A stretch of DNA of 64,000 bases, taken from positions 19,455 to 83,454 of IMG/VR virus record IMGVR_UViG_3300048672_000219. One strand, 5' to 3'. The stretch comes from a virus. Both the position numbers and the translations under genes were made by a program. Below are positions 32,874-41,591 of this stretch, piece by piece (position 1 is the first letter of the stretch; each line of letters begins with the position of its first letter). The notes beneath the pieces are model-generated. The model made no database searches and had not been told where the DNA came from. It saw nothing but the letters and a program-made list of their open reading frames with translations.

Positions 32874-33173
32874 TCAAATCTCCTCTACATATGTATCATC
32901 ATTCTTTAGGATTCCTTTTGGATTATTATCAATCCAGATAATACCATTCTTCCTATACCCATGCATCTTCAAGAATTTCTTCTTAGCCATACCAGAAGTG
33001 TAATAAACAAGGTTGTTAGGAAACTGGCGAACAACCACTTCAGCTTCATCCCCATGACGTGCTGTAACAACAATCAATGGTTGATCGTTCTCATTAGCAA
33101 TCCTCACCACTTGCTCCCAGAATATAGGATTGTCCGTGTAAGTACCATCATAGTCTAGTGCGATTGTTTTCAT
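32874..33173 (-). CDS. small HAD-superfamily protein
   Basis: IALDYDGT motif I; IVVTAR motif II; IWIDNNP motif IV. Confidence 0.7.
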   Translation of the reverse strand: MKTIALDYDGTYTDNPIFWEQVVRIANENDQPLIVVTARHGDEAEVVVRQFPNNLVYYTSGMAKKKFLKMHGYRKNGIIWIDNNPKGILKNDDTYVEEI

Positions 33174-33321
33174 CGTTGTTTCTCCTTTAATTGAAAATCG
33201 GCCACTTCTTTTAGTTGTCCCAACATCCTACTCATTTCAGCAGGAGTAGTGTTATGAATCCCCTCCAGCATAAGCTGCAATTTCTTCTTAAAGTAGTCGG
33301 CATCTAGCCCATACTCATTGT

Positions 33322-33864
33322 TCATTTCTTCTCCTTTGTCAATTCATAATAACGCTTCAAGAATTTCTTATATGCCATCTTACTACTCCAAGGTTTAATC
33401 ACCTCATCCAGAGGCTTTACGTTGCGGTACATGCGATCAAGTTTGGTCGTAGGAGACAAATCCCTACGCTCTGTAACAAATGCAATAGTGTCTGCCAGCT
33501 TGATTTCCTTATCAAATGGAAACTGAATACCAAAACGCTTTGCCATGTCTGCTTCTAGCTTGTGTTCGATTTCACTATAAGCTGGAATCATAACTTTCAA
33601 GGGTTTATTAATGTCCTTCATAAAACCCTCTACGGCATCATGCAGCAAACCATCCAATGCTAGGTGCTCTGGTACAATATAACTTACGAGAACGCAATGC
33701 TGTGCAACACTCATAAATTCAGACGTATGCCCATTACTTCGGCTTTCACGAGACAAGCCTAGAGCAATGTCTTCAATATCATACACAGAGTTCTCAGGAT
33801 TGGCAAAGTCAATGAAATGCCCATTCATAAGCTGCATAACAGGTTTTAGTTTGTTTGTGTCAAC
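33322..33864 (-). CDS. HD-domain phosphohydrolase (YfdR/YfbR-like deoxynucleotidase)
   Basis: DIEDIA.GLSR..R.NGHT...SVAQHC...LLHDAVEG...DI..PLK...IKLAD...TERRDL. Confidence 0.85.
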   Translation of the reverse strand, partial: VDTNKLKPVMQLMNGHFIDFANPENSVYDIEDIALGLSRESRSNGHTSEFMSVAQHCVLVSYIVPEHLALDGLLHDAVEGFMKDINKPLKVMIPAYSEIEHKLEADMAKRFGIQFPFDKEIKLADTIAFVTERRDLSPTTKLDRMYRNVKPLDEVIKPWSSKMAYKKFLKRYYELTKEKK

Positions 33865-33958
33865 CAACAGTGTTCTCCTTAAAATTAACAATACAAACAT
33901 TATCACACATAAAAGAAAAACCTGCAAGTCCCCTTTTGAGACTCACAGGCTAAATTAT

Positions 33959-34639
33959 CTACGCTTCTTTAGATTTTGGAGTGCGCTTAGGCTTTGCTAC
34001 AGGTTGTGGTGTTTCTGCAACAGGCTGTTCCTTGAACACATTCTCTGGCAGTTCAGCGGCAGCACGTTTGTCTTCTCGTGCGTCAAAGCGACGATGACAT
34101 TCATCACTATCAAAGTAAAGTTCTTTGCCATCCAGCAAACGGAGCATCTCTGCTTCAGTAACAAAATCAGTGTAAATGTCTCGTACAAATTTCTCAATAG
34201 CTTTTGTGCTATGGGTCACATGAGCATCCATGTTGCCAGAATGTCCATAGAAGCCGTAGCTTGCTGTGTGGAGCATTACTGTGCTGTACGGATTTACATA
34301 GCAAGAATCTGCCAACATCATAATCACAGTACCTGCACTAGCCGTATCACTCTCTACATGAACATGCACATAAGCATCTGTGTTCTGCATAGCATTAATA
34401 AGAGGAATAATTGCATGTAGAGCACCACCATCAGTAGACAGGCGAATCTGTACGCAATCACCTTCATTTGCACTGTCAAGAATATCCACCAGTTGTGCAA
34501 ATTGTTGTACATCAACAAAATCATCATTGATAGTTACTCGGTGAATCATGTTCAGTGGTTGAGAAATCACTTCAAACTTGTCTAGTTCTGGTTGAATCAG
34601 TTTGAGCAAGTCAACGTTTTGTCGGATTGGTTGTTTCAT
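33959..34639 (-). CDS. ClpP-like peptidase
   Basis: IRLSTDGG; TASAGT (catalytic Ser); VMLHTAS (His). Confidence 0.8.
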   Translation of the reverse strand: MKQPIRQNVDLLKLIQPELDKFEVISQPLNMIHRVTINDDFVDVQQFAQLVDILDSANEGDCVQIRLSTDGGALHAIIPLINAMQNTDAYVHVHVESDTASAGTVIMMLADSCYVNPYSTVMLHTASYGFYGHSGNMDAHVTHSTKAIEKFVRDIYTDFVTEAEMLRLLDGKELYFDSDECHRRFDAREDKRAAAELPENVFKEQPVAETPQPVAKPKRTPKSKEA

Positions 34640-34653
34640 TTGTTCTCCTTAAA

Positions 34654-35400
34654 TTAATATCCTGCTTTATCAAAAGCCATAATTGCGTCTTTGCAAAGCT
34701 TGCTTCGTACAATGTGTTCATGCTTGTCGAATTCAATCAGGGCAGCACTCTCTTGCAGTCGTGGGGAGCCATCAAGAATATTGGCAAAGATAGCCAGTCC
34801 AGACTTGTCTTTCAGTGCTGACTGAAGAATATCTCCACACAGAATCATCTTGCAACCAGCACTACGAGTAACAATGCTTTTGATTTCTTCGATTGTGCAA
34901 TCCTCCACTTCGTCTGCAATCACCCAAACATTTTTGCCAAAGGACATACCTTTGATTGTCTCCAATGGTTGCAGAAGAATGTTTCCTTCTTCAATAGCGA
35001 GGTCTACAACAGGTCGTCCTAGACGTTCATACAAGACAGAAAGCATTGGCATGAGCCAGTTAAAAAGCTTTTGATTTACATCTCCGCTAAAAAACCCCAA
35101 GCTACGCGAATTACTCACCGCTGGTCGTGCAAGAACAATCTGTTTGGCTTCTCCTTTGTAGAATGCATCAGCAGCAAGGCATGTGGCTACATAAGTTTTG
35201 GACGTACCGGCATAGCCAAGAGCTACTACTAAATCTTTATTGTGAATTGCTTCAAAATACTCCGCTTGCCTCTCATTCATTGGATAGATAGGCTTACTGG
35301 CAAGCTTTTCTGCGCGTTGATCCTTAAATTTATCTTTAATGACTCGTTCTTCCTTAACAACAGCTTGTTGTGCAGAACGACCTCGGTGTGTTTTGCGCAT
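34654..35400 (-). CDS. phoH: PhoH-like ATPase
   Basis: ALGYAGTSKT Walker A; LARPAV; LGFFSGD..QK; IKGMSF; IADEVED; CGDILQS. Confidence 0.92.
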   Translation of the reverse strand: MRKTHRGRSAQQAVVKEERVIKDKFKDQRAEKLASKPIYPMNERQAEYFEAIHNKDLVVALGYAGTSKTYVATCLAADAFYKGEAKQIVLARPAVSNSRSLGFFSGDVNQKLFNWLMPMLSVLYERLGRPVVDLAIEEGNILLQPLETIKGMSFGKNVWVIADEVEDCTIEEIKSIVTRSAGCKMILCGDILQSALKDKSGLAIFANILDGSPRLQESAALIEFDKHEHIVRSKLCKDAIMAFDKAGY

Positions 35401-35921
35401 AATCACCCTTTCATGCAATGTTATATACAGAGATATTGCTGTACTGTTAAATAATACCACAATATCCCTGTTACGTCAAAATTTGCTACAAAGCAACATT
35501 AGTGAGGTTCTATCCAGAAAAGTTCGTCTGCATCAACTCTCATAGAAGTCTGCAATGATATGTCATCATTTATATTTAGAACGTCATTTGATGAAAAGCC
35601 ACAAACATGATAATACTGGCCTTCCCAAATTACAACAGTACCAGCCTTCACTTTCCAAACATCCACTTCTGTATTTGCAAATTTGATTTTATTCACAGAA
35701 CATATCCTTTCTCGCTATCAGACTGATTGCGCTCAATAATCTTGTGCAGACCATTCTTTAGTTGATGATAAGTGATTGCCAACATTTGCTGACGCACATC
35801 TGCGTTCTCTGGCAGCATTCCTGTTGAAGCAGCACGAATACATTGTTCAAGATAGACAATGTGCTGTTCAGCTTTGCACAATTGTTGGTACAACTCTTCA
35901 TATGTCATTGGTTCGTCCATA

Positions 35922-36656
35922 TTACTTCTCCTTTAAATTTTGTGCGTCTTCAATTCGTTTCTTAGCAATATTAAAATAATTTTCATCCATTTCAATACCG
36001 ATGAAGTTTCTGCTCAAATTGGCACAGGCTACACCTGTTGTTCCACTACCCATTGTGAAGTCTAATACAGTTTCACTTTCATTGGTGTAAGTTTTGATTA
36101 AATATTTCATCAAAGCTACAGGTTTCTGTGTAGGGTGTAGCCTTCCTCGTTGATCCGCATTACTAACTTCTAAAATAGACTTAGGATGCTTGTGCGTATA
36201 ACTACGAATCTTTCCATCATCTTTTTGCAAGTGAGTGGAGTCACCCTTTGAGAAAGTTGTACGTACTTTAACAGTGTCTCGTTCGGTCATTACCGGATAG
36301 TAGTTATGTGTATCAAAAGAAAATACACAAACATCTTCATGGACTTTCATAGGTTGATATTTAGCTAACTGAAAGTTTGCAGATTTCTTTTTATCCCATA
36401 CCCAGTTATATTTAAAAGCTTTTATGTTAGAGTTGATTAGAATTGTGGTAAACGGCTGTGATGCTGTCATCACAATAGCTCCGTTAGGTTTGATAATACG
36501 TTTCAATTGTTCCCACATCTTCTCAAGATCAATAACACTATCCCACTTACAAGCTGTCGTTCCATAGGGAGGGTCAGCTAAAATCATATCCACACTACTG
36601 TCAGGAATTTCCTTCATCTTTTCTAAACAATCACCGAGCATCAAATTCACCATCAC
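35922..36656 (-). CDS. DNA methyltransferase (N6-adenine/N4-cytosine, beta class)
   Basis: DPPY catalytic motif N-terminal to HPTQKP and LDFTMGSGTTG (SAM binding). Confidence 0.93.
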   Translation of the reverse strand: MMVNLMLGDCLEKMKEIPDSSVDMILADPPYGTTACKWDSVIDLEKMWEQLKRIIKPNGAIVMTASQPFTTILINSNIKAFKYNWVWDKKKSANFQLAKYQPMKVHEDVCVFSFDTHNYYPVMTERDTVKVRTTFSKGDSTHLQKDDGKIRSYTHKHPKSILEVSNADQRGRLHPTQKPVALMKYLIKTYTNESETVLDFTMGSGTTGVACANLSRNFIGIEMDENYFNIAKKRIEDAQNLKEK

Positions 36657-37305
36657 TTCTCCTTTGCAAGACGAGGCTTACGTGCTACAGGCTCTACTTT
36701 CGTATGTTCTGCTTTTGATACTTCAGGTTCATCAGGAATCTCACGCTCTAGGAAAGCCTCGTAATTAAACAAGTTATTGACTGGAAAGTCAGTAGTGGAC
36801 AGGCTGTAGCCTTGCTTAATCTTTTCTTCCAGTTCATAAACGAATGCTGTAAACGAATTCACTACTACGATTTTTTCAATTGCCATTTGGTTCTCCTTTA
36901 AAAATTGTCATCATCTAAGTCTTGCATATTTTCTTCATGCTGCTCGTACTCTTCAATCATTTTATCTAAATCAAAATATTCTTCAGACATCAATCCTCCT
37001 TATTTAATAGATATGAGTACAGCTTCTTTGTAAGGAAGCGAGTTCTTCATCAGTGAATCTTTAACGGCTTTGATAGCACCGTTTATGCTTCTATAGAACG
37101 TGGCATCTGTTCTATGGAGTTTTCCGTTTTCTTTATAGTAGCAACGATATACTTTTGGATGCGGTGTGAATGCCATGTTCTCTCCTTGTTGTTTGTGATG
37201 TTGTGAATTATACGTCATATATTTTCTTTGTCAAGACTAATTTGCATATTGACAAAAACAGATTGCCATGATACAATTCTGGGATTAAGAATTCAGGAGA
37301 ATGTT

Positions 37306-37674
37306 ATGGCAAGGGTAAAGGCAAGGCAACGAGAAGTTGCCATTAAGGAGCACGGTAGTGAAAAAGCTCTAAGGGAGATGAAGCAAAAGAAGCTCTCTAG
37401 CAAGGCTTTGGCTGTATTAGAAGCAGGACTGACAAGTGAGGATAAAGACTATGCTTTCAAATGTGCTAAGATGATTTTGGAGCATGAGCGTAATCTTGAG
37501 AAAGATATTGACAGCAGCGAGATTTCACGTATAATTCTATCCATGAAGGCTGGAACGGATTTGACTACAGTACCTCAACAGAGTAATGTAGTGTTGAATT
37601 TTAATGAAATTAATCCAGATTTTCGTGATATTGAAGCAACAGATTTTAGTGAAGTGAAAGCTGTTGGCGAATAA
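37306..37674 (+). CDS. hypothetical helical protein, candidate terminase small subunit
   Basis: First gene of the plus-strand late block with its own promoter (TTGACA-17-TACAAT, 37249-37277); size and position only. Confidence 0.4.
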   Translation: MARVKARQREVAIKEHGSEKALREMKQKKLSSKALAVLEAGLTSEDKDYAFKCAKMILEHERNLEKDIDSSEISRIILSMKAGTDLTTVPQQSNVVLNFNEINPDFRDIEATDFSEVKAVGE

Positions 37675-37675
37675 T

Positions 37676-37704
37676 TTGACAAAAACTTCATGTTGTTGTA
37701 TAAT
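37676..37704 (+). promoter_or_regulatory. sigma70 promoter driving the tRNA/ncRNA cluster
   Basis: TTGACA-17-TATAAT. Confidence 0.85.
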
Positions 37705-37887
37705 TTCGTTCGTTAAGGAATGACACGCCTTTTCAGAAAGTGTCTAGTGGCTTCTTACGAGGCCACAAAAGAGAGTGTTCCTCTGCCTGCTACGCAATTC
37801 TCCGGCTATAGGGTGGGAATGTGAGTTGAACACTCCCTTTTGTTATTTCAAGCTAAGGTACAAGTGGCTTAAAAATAAATTAACAAC

Positions 37888-37962
37888 TCCCCGTTAGTTT
37901 AACATGGTAAAATCTCGCCTTGTACGCGAGCATAGCGGTTTCGAGCACTGCACGGGGAACCA
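37888..37962 (+). tRNA. tRNA-Thr(UGU), atypical
   Basis: Acceptor TCCCCGT/ACGGGGA; anticodon arm CTCGC-CT TGT AC-GCGAG; T arm GCGGT-TTCGAGC-ACTGC; encoded CCA. Confidence 0.8.
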
Positions 37963-37968
37963 AACAAT

Positions 37969-38042
37969 GCAGCCAATCTAAAGGTTAGACGCCAGTGCTC
38001 CACACTGCACAGGGAAGATTTCGATTATCTCTGGCTGCTCCA
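37969..38042 (+). tRNA. tRNA-like gene, probably Gly(UCC), non-canonical
   Basis: Acceptor GCAGCCA/TGGCTGC with U discriminator and CCA; loop GC TCC AC closed by CAGT/ACTG; tiny D loop; T loop TTCGATT. Confidence 0.55.
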
Positions 38043-38150
38043 TTTTCTTCTACCTTAGAAGACTGTTAGCCTTACGGCTATCGAGGCTTGGAGAACAAGC
38101 TAATGAGTGAGGTGGAATTCCTTGCCGAATATTAACACAAAGGAGAGAAT

Positions 38151-38381
38151 ATGACATACCATGAGAACGCAGGTAAGGGTTCGTTTCGCCGTGAGCGAGA
38201 TAAAAGTGTAACCACTAAAGAACAATTTGAAAGTAATTGGGATCGTATCTTTGGCAAAAAGACAGTCAAGGTCGATCCAGAGCAAGCCGAAGCTAAAGGG
38301 TTTGTTTGCAAGGCTTGTCAAGGCAAAGGTGGTTGCATGGATGCTGGCTGGTATTACGAATGTCCTGAATGTGGTAAATAA
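38151..38381 (+). CDS. small Zn-ribbon protein within the tRNA cluster
   Basis: AAGGAG RBS; GKGS..R...FESNWDRIFGK N-terminus; CKAC...CPEC. Confidence 0.65.
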   Translation: MTYHENAGKGSFRRERDKSVTTKEQFESNWDRIFGKKTVKVDPEQAEAKGFVCKACQGKGGCMDAGWYYECPECGK

Positions 38382-38384
38382 CAA

Positions 38385-38474
38385 GGAAGATTGGCTGAGA
38401 GGTTTAAGGCAGCACTCTTGAAAAGTGTCGAACTTTAAAAGGTTCCGTCCGTTCAAATCGGACATCTTCCGCCA
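38385..38474 (+). tRNA. tRNA-Ser(UGA)
   Basis: Acceptor GGAAGAT/ATCTTCC; G discriminator and CCA; GCACT-CT TGA AA-AGTGT; long variable arm; GTCCG-TTCAAAT-CGGAC. Confidence 0.93.
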
Positions 38475-38690
38475 GAATTTGGTTGCAGTACCTTCGTCGT
38501 AAAATGGAATGCCAACGAGAGCATAGCACATTCTTGCTTCTTCTCGTAATAAATTTTCGCTCAATAGGGACTTCCAGATGGTATCCTGCTAGAGTGAAAG
38601 CACAGCCGAGAGGCTGTTAGGTGCAGGGCAGAAATATGTTCTGCTAGGGTATATGGCATGGTTGTGTGGCGCTATACCATTGTTGTAAGG

Positions 38691-38726
38691 AGCCGCTATT
38701 CCGCAAGGTTTAGCGGCTTTTGTTTT
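38691..38726 (+). terminator. intrinsic terminator after the RNA cluster
   Basis: AGCCGCTA...TAGCGGCT followed by TTTGTTTT. Confidence 0.75.
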
Positions 38727-38806
38727 CGTGGCGAACGGATTGATCCTCCTGTTCAGGCTCTACTCCTGAACTAGCCACACTGATTAACCTAGTAGAGAGG
38801 AAACAA

Positions 38807-39763
38807 ATGGGTAAAGACAATATAAAGCGTACAAATGAGTACATTATTGACAAGTCAAAAGAGTTACATGGAGAGCATACTTACGGGTATGATAAACTTG
38901 AGTACATCAACACTAAGAGTAATATAATATTGCTGTGCAATAAATGCAATGATTATTTCAGCGTCACGGCAGGAGCACACGTTGGAAGCAGAAGAGTAGG
39001 CTGTCAAAGATGTAGTGCAGAACGTAGAACCAAAGCTCAGACAGGAAGTAAAGAGCAAATGATTGCAAAAGCATTGTTAAATCACCCTCACGGAGCTTTC
39101 AATTATGATCGAGTAGAGTACAAAACGGCGAGGATTAAAGTTGAAATAGGCTGCAATACATGCGGGGTGTGGTTTTGGCAAGAGCCACATCAACATACAA
39201 TAGGTGTTGGTTGCAAGAATTGCAGAAACATTAAATTGGCAAAAGACAGAAGTCATTCCAAAGAACAATTTATAGAGGAAGCTATCAAGATCACCGGAGA
39301 TAAGTATGATTATAGCTTAGTAGAGTACAAGAATGCAAGAACATATGCAGAGATAATCTGCAACGACTGTGGATCACATTTCAAGAAGAAGCCTACTGAG
39401 ATATTGAATGGTCAGGGCTGCAAATGCCACAACAAAGGTGGATATGGATATGATCCAAAACAAGCTGGAATTCTTTATGTGCTAGAATGCGGAGACATAA
39501 CTAAAATCGGTATTACAAATAAAAGATTGTCAAGTAGAATAAAAGCGGTAAGTTCTTCGTTTGGTGCAAAATTTAAAGAAATTAAAACTTATAATCTTGA
39601 AGGTCAATTCTGCACCGACTTAGAGACACAGTTGCTAATTGAATTACGAAGTAAATATAGAAATCCTATTCAAAAGTTTGATGGGTACACAGAATGTTTT
39701 TACTATGTAGATAGAGCAAAATTACTGAATAGAATTGAAGAATTGATTAAGGAGAATAAATGA
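38807..39763 (+). CDS. free-standing putative homing endonuclease (repeated Zn-binding domains plus GIY-YIG-like C-terminus)
   Basis: Three repeats of Y.Y..VEY......I.C..C...F......H..G.GC..C; LYVL...TKIGIT...R...LE...FDGYTECF. Confidence 0.8.
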   Translation: MGKDNIKRTNEYIIDKSKELHGEHTYGYDKLEYINTKSNIILLCNKCNDYFSVTAGAHVGSRRVGCQRCSAERRTKAQTGSKEQMIAKALLNHPHGAFNYDRVEYKTARIKVEIGCNTCGVWFWQEPHQHTIGVGCKNCRNIKLAKDRSHSKEQFIEEAIKITGDKYDYSLVEYKNARTYAEIICNDCGSHFKKKPTEILNGQGCKCHNKGGYGYDPKQAGILYVLECGDITKIGITNKRLSSRIKAVSSSFGAKFKEIKTYNLEGQFCTDLETQLLIELRSKYRNPIQKFDGYTECFYYVDRAKLLNRIEELIKENK

Positions 39764-41468
39764 CTGAAAAAATTGTGTATGGCCCCGACAGTTTTGTACA
39801 GAAAACTTTCTTAGATTGTAAGTCGGGGTTGATTATCTACGGTGGTGGGGCTGAAGTTCATCCGGCCCATGTGTAAGTAATTATACATGCAAACTCTTTT
39901 AATTCGGTAGAATCCTAACGTAAAGGCGAGGGCTATACCGAGCTAGGCTAAGGCCGAGTGTAACGACTATCGAAACCACGCTATGCGGAAGGGAGTAGAG
40001 TAGTTCCAAGTGGAACGAAACTGAGAGCATCCTTCTAGGATGATGAGCTAGTCTGCTCTTTATGGAAACATAAAGCGATGCACGTAATGGTGCGGGGAGA
40101 ACGTAACGAATTCTCTTGAACAACTGAGGATGTGGTAAATCGCACCAAGCATTACTGCTCGTGCTTAAATATTGTCAAGACCCTAATTTCAGGGCAGTTT
40201 TCATTCGTGAAACTAACGGGCAGCTTTCTCAAAGTGGTGGACTTTTTGAGGAAGCAAGGGTAATGTGGGAGAAACACTTTGGGGCTAAATTCAAAACTCA
40301 CCCAAGTATGATGGCAACCTTCCCATCTGGCGCAACCGTCCAGTTCAAGGTATGCGGTTCAGACAGGGACGTTTCAAACTATGACGGTGGTCAATACTCA
40401 CTTGTTGTGTTTGACGAAGCTCAAAATCATACAGAAGTTCAAATCCGTTATTTGGAGTCGCGTATTCGCTCTAGGGCAAAAGGCCCACACCAACTTATAC
40501 TTACATGTAACCCAAAATACGATCACGATTATTTGCTTAAATTTGTCACCCCGTATCTTGACCCTGAAACCGGCATACCGCGTAAAGAGATGTTTGCTAG
40601 GGAAATGTATTATGGGGCATATAATGGGCAAGTTGTTGTAGGCACTTCACAAGCTGAGTTGGAAGAGAAGTACCCCGGAATTTCGTGCCAAACATATACA
40701 TTTATAGCCGCTACCGTGTACGACAACCCTCGCATGAGGAAAATCAATCCTACATACGTTACTCGTCTTGAGAATCTAAAACGAGTTGAACGTGAGCGTC
40801 TTCTGTTAGGAAGTTGGACAGCTAAACCACAGAACCAAGGGTTGTTTAAGCGGGAGTGGTGCAATATGATTGATGAAGTTCCTAATGATGTGGTTGACCG
40901 TGTTAGGGGTTATGACCTTGCTGCAACTTTGCCATCAGAAACTTACCCTGATCCAGATTGGACTGCCTGTGTGCGTATGTCAAAAACTAAATCAGGTCGT
41001 TATGTAGTAGAACATGCTTGTAGAACTAGGCAACTTGCTCACGGGGTTCTTGATTACATTGAAAAGAATTATTTCGATGATCTCAATGATGGTGTTGCGG
41101 CTACTGTATGGCTTGAGGTTGACCCCGGAAGCTCTGGTAAACATGCTGCCGGATTTATGGTTCAGTATCTTGTGGAGCATGGCGTAGATGTTCGTAAACA
41201 GGATGTTAATCCTTCCAATGGTAAATTAGCAAGATGCAGACCGTTCCTTTCTCTGTGCGAGGCTGGCAGCGTTGATGTTGTAAAAGGCGATTGGAATGAA
41301 ATGTGGTTCAATGAAATGGAAGATTTTATTGAGGGTAATAGGCGTCAAAAGGACGATTTATTCGACTCGACGGCTAGTTCTTGCAAAGCTTTGATGAAAA
41401 ATAGAACAATCCCCACCTTCTCAATCCCCATTTCAACTCAACCTTCAGTAATACCAACATTGTCTTGA
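39760..41468 (+). CDS. terL: terminase large subunit, two exons (about 39760-39852 and 40128-41468)
   Basis: Exon 1 MTEKIVYGPDS...IIYGGGA plus exon 2 GCGKSHQALL restores Walker A (GGGAGCGKS); VFDEAQ Walker B; LTCNP; RGYDLAA and KDDLFDS nuclease motifs. Confidence 0.93.
39853..40127 (+). mobile_element. group I intron (T4 td-like, IA2 type), 275 nt, no ORF
   Basis: P1 GGGCU/GGCCC; P10 CAUCC/GGAUG; P7 GACUA/UAGUC; 3' part UAGUCUGCUCUUUAUGGAAACAUAAAG...UAACGA...UGAACAACUG resembles the td intron end; removing 275 nt restores the frame. Boundaries uncertain by +/-1 nt. Confidence 0.9.
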
Positions 41469-41478
41469 CGTAACAAAT

Positions 41479-41507
41479 TTGACAAAAACGCATTCCTATG
41501 TTATACT
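41479..41507 (+). promoter_or_regulatory. sigma70-type promoter for head genes
   Basis: TTGACA-17-TATACT with TG extended -10. Confidence 0.75.
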
Positions 41508-41591
41508 TTTGCCTAATTGTGAAATTAAGGCTTCCCACTATATTGTATAACATAGGGTTTCTAATTTCAAGTGTTATTTTAAGGAGAATTT

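Noticed and set aside
33322-33864. HD hydrolase as DatZ of a 2-aminoadenine (Z-genome) pathway
   Set aside because: No PurZ or MazZ is visible in the window, the motifs fit the common YfdR-like family, and the phage carries an ordinary DNA methyltransferase.
40161-41468. Terminase apparently lacking Walker A as given in the ORF track
   Set aside because: Explained by the group I intron; exon 1 at 39760-39852 supplies the missing N-terminus.
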